From Asterionella formosa (taxonomy: Eukaryota): a stretch of DNA of 20,000 nucleotides. Of this stretch, positions 11,290-20,000 are shown in pieces. Below the pieces are notes generated by a model. The model had not been told where the DNA came from and searched no databases. It saw nothing but the letters and a program-made list of their open reading frames with translations. A program made the position numbers and the translations under genes. Numbering within the stretch: position 1 is the stretch's first letter; each line of letters begins with the position of its first letter. The stretch spans positions 47,729 to 67,728 of the forward strand of contig NKIB01012918.1 in assembly GCA_002256025.1 (NCBI GenBank). Direction: 5' to 3'.

Positions 11290-11667
11290 TTGTACATAAT
11301 GTATGGATTAAGGTCCATCATACAATTATTTTGGGAAAAAAGGACCTCGCAATGTGTAACTGCGGGGCAGCAACTTTAACGGCTACCGGTAAACAAATCA
11401 CAAATATTTTTTCTACTTCTCAGGGTCCAAATGTACATCGTTACCGTTACCAGGTTAAGGTACATCATAAATTTTTTTTGGAAAAACGGACCTCGCAATG
11501 TGTAACTGGCCGCAACCTTAACCGCTACCGGTAAATAAATCACAAATATATTTTTACTTCTCAGGGTCCAAATGTACATCGGTACCGGTACCAGGTTAAG
11601 GTACATCATAATATTTGTTTTGGGAAAAAAGGACCTCGCAATGTGTAACTGCGGGGCTGCAACCTTG
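11290..11667. repeat. Tandem repeat, ~143-146-bp unit, ~2.5 copies
   Basis: GGACCTCGCAATGTGTAACTG occurs at 11342, 11488 and 11631. The block TACTTCTCAGGGTCCAAATGTACATCG...CCAGGTTAAGGTACATCATAA occurs twice in full and once degenerately. Confidence 0.95.
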
Positions 11668-12814
11668 AAATTACTGCTAGTACGTAGTTTACAAATTTCG
11701 GAATATCTTTCATTCGTTGTAAGTCGTGGCATCCGAATCTTTGTGAACACTTATTGAAGTTAAACTTGTCCCCCTTCAAATGGGGGGCTGGGAGTTCGGG
11801 GTTCATGGATTCTTCTAGCTGGTCGCAGTTTTGCCTTCGACTACCTGATTTGTCTTGCCACATCGTGCATCAGAAAAAAATCTCAACACTCAAATCACTG
11901 TCAACCTATTGCGATCAGTGCAATACATCCGCATTGAATTTGGTGAAAAGTTTGACAAGCTAGCTAGTAAAAGCACGTAAACGTGCAATCTCGAACGCCG
12001 TGAACCTTTTTGCAGATCAAGACTAGAGTCTTGATACTCCCTGATGCTCTCGAATAGTTTGATAAATAATTTGAGATGCTCCTGTTCTGATTGACCGAAA
12101 CTAACATGACGATGTCCGGTTGACAAAATAGTTTAGTGTCGGATGCGTCCTATTGCCCTGCGATAATCCTAGGTGTGTCCGAACAATTTAAGTCCAACTT
12201 ATACCAAACTGCTATTGTTACCTACCTGGTAGTGTCTTTCAGCTTCCAGCTTGACTTTTAGAGAATGTGGAGAGAGGGTAGACTGTTTAATTAATAGCTG
12301 AGTCCCGCAGGGAATTCGAAATCGATCTGTGATTCATGCGAAGTTCACAGAAACTTTGGGCTATTAAACTGTGAATCGATCGCACAAGGTTAATTAATAT
12401 TTAAATCAAAAATAAATATAATCCGGATTTGTACCGTATTAAATTTGACTTATTATTGTATTAAGATGTAGTGACACGATGTGAAATCGCGAAATCGTCG
12501 TGAAGCATTAATATGTCCTCCTCTCTTCTCAAGAAGATGCGGTGGTTCACTAATAATGCATACAATGTTGAACTTCTCAATATAGGGGATCTTCGTGTAT
12601 CAGTTAGCTTCGAAGTCGCGTTCAGGGTGCGGTTCTTTAGCATTCCTAGTATTTTGTGTTGGTGAACCCATGATTTGCTTTAATTTGTTGTCAAATGGTA
12701 TAAGTGAACAAGAAATAGAAAAATGTAGCATGCTCAATATTTTCAGTCGACCTTTGATCATTGAAATTGACTTATTTTGATGAGAGGAAAAGAAAAACTA
12801 AAGCAGCATTCATC

Positions 12815-13819
12815 ATGAATCCTACAAAAGAAGAAAGCATTCAAGATTTTCGTCCGGCACGTCGAGAAACCACCCATTCGCTTTGCAAGAGCGGAGCGAC
12901 GACTAAAACAAATAGGCTTGCTGCGAACAGAGGTCGACCTAGTTCATTTTCTATTCATAATGATGGGCAAATGAAAATGCCTGGAGCTTATTACGTCAAA
13001 GGCAGGGCCAGTGGTCAGTTTCCGGCTTGGGCTGATCAACCACGGCAGCAACGACGAACACAGTCAGAACGAACATTGGTGGCATCTATATCGCCTTCAC
13101 CGATATTGCGAGGGCAGTTAGAACGAACGTTTGAAGAGTATTCATCGCATTCGCATGTTCTGAATGTGACTGTTGAAGCGATCGGGTCCCAGAATATTCA
13201 ACGAGCGATCCCGCTGCAAGGTCAAGGCGACCTGGTCAGTCATTTTCCTAATGGCCGCGGACGTGATGAACGTAAGGCTCCGCCGATTCCCACACATCGA
13301 ATTGTCGAATGTGACAGGGAAATTGATGAGGACATTCGATTGGAAGATTGCACCTTGTCGAGTTCAATCAATTCACAGAATGGAACGTCTAGATCAGAAC
13401 CTTCAGCCACCAATGAGTCTGTAGTTCATGTTCCATCGATTGCGAGAATTCATCCCGACCCTGATAATATACGAGGCACTTCTCGTCATTCTTTTCAAGA
13501 CCCCCGTATTCGAGAAATCTTTGATATCTTCCCTAACGCAAGCATCAATCGAGTCAACGAGCTACTACTCGTGCACCAATTCGAACCGGCAGTCATGATT
13601 CTTGCTGATGAATGCACTGCTTCGCAAGAAGTTGTTGCAATGCCACGGCTCCGTCGTACTGTCTATAAGGACCAGTTTCTGGACCAGATAAAGGACATTT
13701 TTCACCAAGACAAGATACAAAATATTGTAGATCTTCAAAAACTCGCGGAGGACAATGATATCGCACTTTTGGACATGGATTCCTCAAGTGGGATACCAAC
13801 TTATTCTCAAATTCTTTGA
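12815..13819 (+). CDS. Hypothetical protein (~334 aa), low-complexity N-terminus, C-terminal CUE-like ubiquitin-binding domain(s)
   Basis: Uninterrupted ORF with first ATG at 12815 (MNPTKEES). DPRIREIFDIFPNASINRVNELLL...AVMIL (~13496-13612) has the CUE FP and di-leucine pattern, with a weaker second copy LDQIKDIF (~13679). It also has an MPGAY motif. CpG is retained, unlike in the TE relics. Confidence 0.72.
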   Translation: MNPTKEESIQDFRPARRETTHSLCKSGATTKTNRLAANRGRPSSFSIHNDGQMKMPGAYYVKGRASGQFPAWADQPRQQRRTQSERTLVASISPSPILRGQLERTFEEYSSHSHVLNVTVEAIGSQNIQRAIPLQGQGDLVSHFPNGRGRDERKAPPIPTHRIVECDREIDEDIRLEDCTLSSSINSQNGTSRSEPSATNESVVHVPSIARIHPDPDNIRGTSRHSFQDPRIREIFDIFPNASINRVNELLLVHQFEPAVMILADECTASQEVVAMPRLRRTVYKDQFLDQIKDIFHQDKIQNIVDLQKLAEDNDIALLDMDSSSGIPTYSQIL

Positions 13820-14178
13820 AACGGAGCCTTCAAGCCTGGTAGTATGATACTGATTATGCTGAAGTTGAGCATGATGTATTCTACGTAGTTGCAATTGGAC
13901 AATAATGCTAACACAAGGGAATGAAAAGACATTGCCAAATAAGCAAATAATATGAACTGTGAAGGAAAGCGAGAATGGGATTAAGAAACAAAATTAAACA
14001 ATGAACTGGAGTTAAAAAATTGTCCGACAGCAAAAAATAACATAAATTACATATCTTTTTCATGTCTTAGAACTCATTGAGGTTTTGCAAGTTGATCATG
14101 TACTTTAATCTGGAACAGTTGTTGACAAATGAAAATCATTTCAAATTGATTCCTTTGGTGGCACGGGCATAACTTTTT

Positions 14179-17037
14179 CTATAAAAATCCCCCTTCTTGG
14201 CTCCCAAATCTGCGAAGCTTTCGACTTACAATGCCAGCCAATTCTTTTGCGCGAGGAGAAATCGCCGACTCTTTCAACGATTCGCGAAAGTCACAGCAAC
14301 TCAAGATTTTTAATCGAACAATCTCCTCGCCACGAATGATGCGTCCATTTGGTCCACCAGATACGCTAAACGATTGCAAAAACGTAGCTCGAATTGTTGC
14401 CCATGTATCGTCCTTGTCATTACCCTGAGGATCAGTTGTGCTGATATTATAGTCCGTGGATGCCTCTACGGATATCATGACGGTGGATTGCCCTTTTCCT
14501 CCGTGATTGGAGAGAACTGACATTCGTTGAGCAACCTTGACGGCATCCAATCCAAGAAGTTTGGCGTTATCTACCAACGATTCTTCTCCCAAGTTGATGC
14601 TGCCAGCTGCGATATCTTGATCGACTTGTTCATCCCTCAAACCCAAGTGAGATAACATGCGAAAGCGATGCTTCTGGTGAGGCGAGATCGCTGCATTTGT
14701 AGCTTTCCCTTTCAATGTACTTTCAAAACAATGAGCCCAAGCCAAAAACTTGCTTTCATCGTCGAACGAGATTTGCCGCTCCAAAACTCCTTCTCTGTTT
14801 AAGATTGACACCAAAAAAGAGACAAATTCGCAGTCATCGGCGTCCTCTCCCACTTTGGCAGGCTTGGGTTGGACTCGTGTCACGTTGACATGGCAATCGA
14901 TAAGTTTTATTTGTCCTCGTAGTCCATGGGGTCGAGGCAGCTCCTTTTCATAGTAGCTCAGAGTACCCTCAGACTTAACAAAGAAACGTTTTTTCCACGG
15001 TTTCTGAGGTTTACTTCGAGTCTTTAACCAACCACTTCGATCATTTAGACTATACGAATTACCACTGGTCTTGTTTGCGACGGCGTGCGCGATTTTCACC
15101 TTCCAAGGTTCAGCTTCCAAAGAATTCGGGACAGCGACCACCAAATCATGTTGGTGACAAAGAGTATCAACACAAAAATAAGAATCTCCACCGCTGCGAG
15201 TACGATTGCCTGAGAGGAGGATGTCCCGAGCAAAAGACAAGGCTTGCAGCTCTGATATAAGATTTCTATTCCCATTCGAGTGATCGATATCAACAATGTG
15301 TAGCGGCGAGGATCGATCAAAACCCATAATATGTCTAGTGAGAGCACCAATGATCTTTTCTGGAGAGTGTCCACTTCCCCCTTGAAAGAGATCGCCATTG
15401 ATGAGCACAGTATCGCGTTGTAAATCTTTCCAAAGCTGATCAACACAAGAGGAGACATTGTCCTCGTGAAACGCCTTGTCATTTTCATCTGCAGCTGTGG
15501 CTTGTTCTGTAATCCACTGAACTGGCACGTTCAAAGAAGGTCCCATTAGCTTGGAAAGAGCACCAACATACAATTTTTTGGTTGTAGAATTCTTTATTTC
15601 TTTTTGAATTTTCAAATAGCGTTCAAGATCTTTTCGATAAGGCGATCGCTGCAATTGTCGCTTAAAATTGTATTTGTTCTCACTTCCATTGATCTCGCCG
15701 CCTCGAGTCAACGAACCACCTACGGTTGCGTCTTGAATCGCTCGCATCCATGCTTGTCGTTCCTCTTTTGAATTTGCTGTCCACAGTCGTCGGGGTCCAC
15801 CTTCTTCAGTGAGCTCAAAAATGGCTCCACCGCTTTGACTCAAAGAATTTTGATTTACCTTGACGGGGCGACACTTCAATGAAGCTGCATTCAAGGGAAT
15901 ATTCTTTCTCACCAATTGGCCTTCTTCGTGTTCGACATCGTCGTAGTATGAGAAGATGCCCTTACGAATCTCGACATACTTGACTTTCCAAATACCACGC
16001 ACTAGATGTGACGCCTTCTTCAATGGCCCCGCCTTTACTATGGGTGAATCCGTGTCCATTTCATCGGGCCGATATTGATCTCGTTGGGCAAGTAGGGGCA
16101 ATAAAGCCTTGGCGAATATGCTGTGCTCCATCACAAAATTGCATAACGTGGCTTGCGCCTGTTCCCCCATGATCGGAGTCCCTAGATCCGGCATAGACAT
16201 ATCGTTGGTGTTAGCTTTCTTTGCGGTTTGTACGAATGTTGAAAAATTGTCGTCGAAGACACATAATGGTTTTGCTTTGGCCGAGGCGGTCAATTCCACT
16301 TTAGTTTCACCTGTATTAGTTGAGTGAGTCTTGGTTGCTGTAGCCTCATCAGCTTCGTATTGAATACTAACATACGACGTTTGACGGACATGAAAATGGT
16401 TCTTCTCGATGAGAGAATAAGAAAAGCTTGGATCATCTGCAGCCTTTGGATAGCTCGAATCGTCAAGCGCCGGCGAATCCGACATACCCGTGCAATCTGC
16501 TTCGTATGTTATTTCATCGTCGTCATCGTCCAAACTTTCTTTGACGATGCTATAAGGATCCTTCTTCTGAGCTTGCTCTGAATGTTTTTGAGGAAAATAT
16601 TTAGTTGATATCGCATTGAATTCATTCTCAGTTCCTGCCTGTAGGTTCGAGCCTCCAGTGGAAGTGGCAGACAAAGATCGCCCAGAACTCTGAAAATGAT
16701 TCAGGGCTAAGGCAGCCTTGAATATTCGGTCTAGACTATCTCTTGAATCGACACAAACGTCAGAATCTACACCTTCTTCGCTTGTGCACGGTGGCGTATT
16801 GAAACCCGCCGCGGCTTCTGCTGTCCACGATGTTCCCTCGTGCACGCCCGCTGCATCGTTCACGTAAACGGCATCAACTCCAAATGTATCATAGTTGTTT
16901 CCGATATCACTATTCGTTCGCCAAGAATATTGACTGTCGCTGAATGAGCTGTTGAGAGACTGGTGTTGTTTTCGTCTCCTGTTGGCATCGTTTGTCGTTT
17001 CCGTTGTTCGTTCTGATTTACTCGTTTTATTGCTCAT
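14179..17037 (-). CDS. Two-PH-domain protein (952 aa)
   Basis: 2.86-kb open frame. PH1 at ~16041-15727 (VKAGPLKK..WKVKYVEIRKGIFSYY..ERQAWMRAIQ). PH2 at ~15039-14717 (SGWLKTR..PWKKRFFV..GTLSYY..FLAWAHCF). Ser/acidic N-terminal ~300 aa. Confidence 0.9.
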   Translation of the reverse strand: MSNKTSKSERTTETTNDANRRRKQHQSLNSSFSDSQYSWRTNSDIGNNYDTFGVDAVYVNDAAGVHEGTSWTAEAAAGFNTPPCTSEEGVDSDVCVDSRDSLDRIFKAALALNHFQSSGRSLSATSTGGSNLQAGTENEFNAISTKYFPQKHSEQAQKKDPYSIVKESLDDDDDEITYEADCTGMSDSPALDDSSYPKAADDPSFSYSLIEKNHFHVRQTSYVSIQYEADEATATKTHSTNTGETKVELTASAKAKPLCVFDDNFSTFVQTAKKANTNDMSMPDLGTPIMGEQAQATLCNFVMEHSIFAKALLPLLAQRDQYRPDEMDTDSPIVKAGPLKKASHLVRGIWKVKYVEIRKGIFSYYDDVEHEEGQLVRKNIPLNAASLKCRPVKVNQNSLSQSGGAIFELTEEGGPRRLWTANSKEERQAWMRAIQDATVGGSLTRGGEINGSENKYNFKRQLQRSPYRKDLERYLKIQKEIKNSTTKKLYVGALSKLMGPSLNVPVQWITEQATAADENDKAFHEDNVSSCVDQLWKDLQRDTVLINGDLFQGGSGHSPEKIIGALTRHIMGFDRSSPLHIVDIDHSNGNRNLISELQALSFARDILLSGNRTRSGGDSYFCVDTLCHQHDLVVAVPNSLEAEPWKVKIAHAVANKTSGNSYSLNDRSGWLKTRSKPQKPWKKRFFVKSEGTLSYYEKELPRPHGLRGQIKLIDCHVNVTRVQPKPAKVGEDADDCEFVSFLVSILNREGVLERQISFDDESKFLAWAHCFESTLKGKATNAAISPHQKHRFRMLSHLGLRDEQVDQDIAAGSINLGEESLVDNAKLLGLDAVKVAQRMSVLSNHGGKGQSTVMISVEASTDYNISTTDPQGNDKDDTWATIRATFLQSFSVSGGPNGRIIRGEEIVRLKILSCCDFRESLKESAISPRAKELAGIVSRKLRRFGSQEGGFL

Positions 17038-17241
17038 TCTAATCCCTGGTGCTGCTCTAGGCTCAGCGTAAAATCGCCGAATCCTCTTGATATAGGCCGC
17101 TGGCTATGGATGCATCAATTTGGTGGAACGACAGTATCTAAAATAGTAAGAAGACTGTAAAACCATGTATGAATTGGGCAATCAAGTCGAAATATAATTG
17201 TCACAAACGGCAATGGCGTGGGGCACTCTTCAGCGAACTAC

Positions 17242-17263
17242 CGGTACCTGGTACCAGGTACCG
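17242..17263. repeat. Perfect 22-bp palindrome
   Basis: CGGTACCTGGTACCAGGTACCG is its own reverse complement and lies ~205 bp upstream of the PH-gene ATG. Confidence 0.95.
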
Positions 17264-17659
17264 TGTATTTTTGTTTCGAACATGCGTGATTTATAGTAGG
17301 ACCAGTACTACCGGGAACAAGAATGTAAACCGCCGAGACTCCGAAGCACGACAACAATGTTTGGAATACTGAACTGACAACAACACAGAAAAATGAAGCA
17401 TGATGGACGGTCGGGCGGTGCGTGATGGTTGCTGCTCACAGATTTCAATCGAAAAAGCCAAGCTGATGCGGCTCTGTTCTTGTATAAACAGGTGAGCGAA
17501 AATTTCCAACAAGGAAATATTTGGGATACCATTGAGCCGCCCAAGAAAATCGGTTTTAGGACAATGTTACATAAATTTATATATTGGAAACTGATTGGCT
17601 GAATTCAACCTATCCAACATAACATCATTATTAAGCATCTTAAAATCTATTCTACTAGG

Positions 17660-18858
17660 ATAGCTAGAGTAGTTCACATAGCAGTGTTGGGGCTTGAAAT
17701 TCTTAGAGCCATCTTGATCATTTTTGTGTGAGAAAATCAAATTCCCACAGCATCTTGACTCCAACCAAATGCTTGATACAGGCACCATCAGTACTATCAA
17801 CAAGGCACATCAAATTCCAAGTTAGACATAAAAATGCACGTGCGAAAACAGCTGATGGAGAGCCATCTTCAATAAACCATATGTTTATTTTTCGGTACAG
17901 GTTGATTGTCAATTCATGTTTTCCCTCCTCAAGGCCGCTACTACTACCCATCCCATCTTGTTTTGCCTTACTTGCAATTCTTTTGACGCCAGCAATGAGA
18001 ACTTTCAGCTCATCATCAAGTCGCCTGTAGCCTTCATTTTATACTTCTTAAACAGGTTGTGAAGTGATGTTCTTGTTTTTATACATTTTCTGATTAAGTA
18101 GACAGCATGTCACTGGATTACTGAGCGTCCCAAGATACTTTGCGAAGTCTGTAGGCTTTAAGTCCTCAAATTTAATTGAATGCAATCCTGTAGAGACTTC
18201 CCTTTCAAGAAAACTGCGTATCACTGATGTTGTTTTCTTCATAGTATGAAGGGACAAATGTCATCAATAGCTAGTACTATCATCAGTGATAGTATATCTG
18301 ATTTGCGCTAGCATCTCTGGTCCTAGCTAGTAGCTGGTCCTCATGTTTATATAGAAAGTATAACAGAATAACTTCATGTTGGTTCATTGTTGATTTTGCT
18401 CTTGTCTTCCCTCTGATATTCTCTAAATTCATGAGCTGTAAGGACTTCATTTTATTTTCTTCCTTCTTCGCTTTTCGTGTATCACGTTCTCTGTTACTGC
18501 TGCCTTGTTGTTTGTCAATCTCTGGTGGTAAAATGCTATCCATGATATTTACATGCGCAAGTACTCCTACTATGCCCTCCTCTTGTCTTTGATTTGAATC
18601 ATGTCTCTTCTCATCGTCATCTTGTTGTAGTTGTTGCAATGCAGCTGCATCATCTGGATCCATCAGGGTGCAACCGACCTTTTCACAGCAATAGAAGCTT
18701 GTTGTTTTGAACTGAATATCTGCTTCTTCATGCAAATGACCGCAAAGATCATGAATGCTATACCCACATCCAGGGCAGTTATGTGCAGTTGACCTTGGTA
18801 GCTCCTTCACCATGAATCTCTCTTGAGAAGAACAAAATTTTTCTTCATTGTCTGACAT
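17660..18858 (-). pseudogene. Crypton-like (stramenopile CryptonS type) tyrosine recombinase pseudogene, 3'-truncated
   Basis: Minus-strand fragments: DFAKYL, LIAGVKRIASKAKQDG, EEGKHELTINLY, FARAFLCLTWNLMCL (expected WNLMCR), HL.WSQDAVGI*FSHTKNDQDG...PQHCYVN. The N-terminal ORF 18283-18858 carries a Cys/His finger. No C-terminal HxxR or Tyr motifs are visible. Confidence 0.78.
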
Positions 18859-19479
18859 GATATTTTGATGTGACAGTGGGTCGCTTCTATAGGTATATTG
18901 TTGATTGTTGATGTTCTCAACTGATGTTCATAATTGATTTGGAACCCCTACTGGTATAGCTATTACATGTACTGTCAACTTGAGTCCTACGATGGTACAA
19001 AATTGAACGCTGTTTATAGATGTTTTCGGGGAGAAAAGTCTCCCCAAAAAGCCGCTGCTGAAGGGGCCAAAGAAAATTTACGTGTTTAAAGCTAGAGGGG
19101 AATAAACGTCAGGGAGGGAAATTTGGGAGAATTTCTCCTCCAAAATGTAGGAGGATCTCCTACTTTTTCCCCATTTTTCCATGCTTCTTGGTTTCTTGCA
19201 TAGGATTATGATAGCATCCGCCTCATGCACACAGCCAGCCAAGTCGCACATTTCTTCTTCTGTTATTTTTATTTTTCCAGCATACCGTTATTAGGGTGTT
19301 GAAATATATGGCCACTCCTCTGGCGCACTCCAGCCAGTACTGCTCTGGAATGACCGGTCGAGATCTTTCTCGCGCCACTCGCTCGGTTGCGTATTATTCT
19401 GCTACATATATGAATACTTAGGCCGTTGCTAAAGGTGGACCAAAACGCAAACCAGTCCCAAACAGTGTTTTGGTTTCGG

Positions 19480-19630
19480 TAACCCTAAAAAACGATGCTA
19501 TCAGGAGTGAAAAACCCAATGCAAACGCATTACGTTTAGGGGATTCCGTGCCCATAGTAGCTATCCCAATAAGTTACCCAAACGCATTACGTTTAGGTTT
19601 TTTTCCCAAAGTTACCTAAACGTAGGATTC
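19480..19630. repeat. Cluster of short direct and inverted repeats (CAAACGCATTACGTTTAGG family)
   Basis: 19-mer at 19522-19540 and 19579-19597. AAGTTACC(C/T)AAACG at 19571 and 19609. Inverted pair TACGTTTAGGT (19588-19598) / ACCTAAACGTA (19614-19624). Confidence 0.8.
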
Positions 19631-19753
19631 CATATTGACTACTTTGAATGTAGTCACTAGAAACCCAATTATTATCATCGTAGAATCAGTACATATAGGA
19701 CGCATCATTTACCAGTATATCATACATAGATACAACAATAGCTATACGGTACT

Positions 19754-19784
19754 CTGGTACCTGGTAACAGGCACCAGGTACCAG
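19754..19784. repeat. 12-bp-stem hairpin related to the 17242 palindrome
   Basis: CTGGTACCTGGT - AACAGGC loop - ACCAGGTACCAG. Confidence 0.9.
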
Positions 19785-20000
19785 GGGACCACACTGTCGA
19801 GAACAACAACAACAAAAACAAATCATCTCAGATTTCACCACAATCAACATGTCATCAAACCCACATTTCACCAACATGGCACACATGGATTCATGTGACC
19901 ATCGCCCACATAACATTGTACAATGTCTAGATGCTAATGGTGAGGTAGAACCAGAGAAATACTTCCAGTATCTTCAGTTTTTGTCTGATTTCGGAACAAC

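Noticed and set aside
11290..11667. CRISPR-like array
   Set aside because: The whole unit repeats, with no unique spacers. The context is eukaryotic and there are no cas genes.
6033..12452. 13-bp inverted match TAAGTCAAATTTA (6033-6045 / 12440-12452) as a TIR
   Set aside because: AT-rich, extends only weakly, and has no TSD; it cannot be separated from chance without other copies.
5512..12473. CACTACAT (5512) and ATGTAGTG (12466-12473) as CACTA-type termini of the transposase element
   Set aside because: Only 8 bp match, and the flanks (CTA vs ACA) give no target-site duplication; compatible with chance.
12761..12814. TTG start for the CUE-like gene given by the ORF track
   Set aside because: In a eukaryotic gene the first in-frame ATG at 12815 is more plausible; an upstream exon cannot be excluded.
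14231..16581. Short ORFs overlapping the PH gene, and antisense ORFs over the copia and transposase
   Set aside because: Shadow frames of real coding sequence with no independent motifs.
14179..17037. Inositol polyphosphate 4-phosphatase-like enzyme call for the PH protein
   Set aside because: No CKSAKDR-type catalytic motif is visible; left as an unnamed domain.
19480..19625. Telomeric repeats (TTTAGG/CCCTAA)
   Set aside because: Isolated copies embedded in a longer motif, not tandem.

Overview
Eukaryotic, very probably diatom (inferred from a CoDi-type copia element, a CryptonS-type tyrosine recombinase and diatom-style host genes). The window is rich in decayed transposons and holds two apparently intact, single-ORF, convergent host genes. 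In order: (1) 1-4629, the 3' part of a degenerate Ty1/copia LTR retrotransposon of the CoDi type (gag-PR-IN-chromo-like-RT-RH, PPT, 235-bp 3' LTR), with frameshifts, premature stops and an internal deletion that removes the RT YxDD half; (2) about 7366-10556 on the minus strand, a fragmented Plavaka/CMC-like DDE transposase. It has an unidentified decayed plus-strand ORF converging on it, plus a ~300-bp fold-back and a ~145-bp tandem array upstream; (3) 12815-13819 (+), a CUE-domain-like protein; (4) 14179-17037 (-), a 952-aa protein with two PH domains and an unnamed segment around PH2; (5) about 17660-18858 (-), a truncated Crypton-like tyrosine recombinase pseudogene with an N-terminal Cys/His finger, followed by clustered hairpins and short repeats. 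A recurring signal across the window is short GGTACC/CCGG/CTAG-based palindromes and fold-back scars, some at the breakpoints of the pseudogenes. I see no clearly new multi-gene system. All family assignments come from motif recognition by eye, not from database searches.
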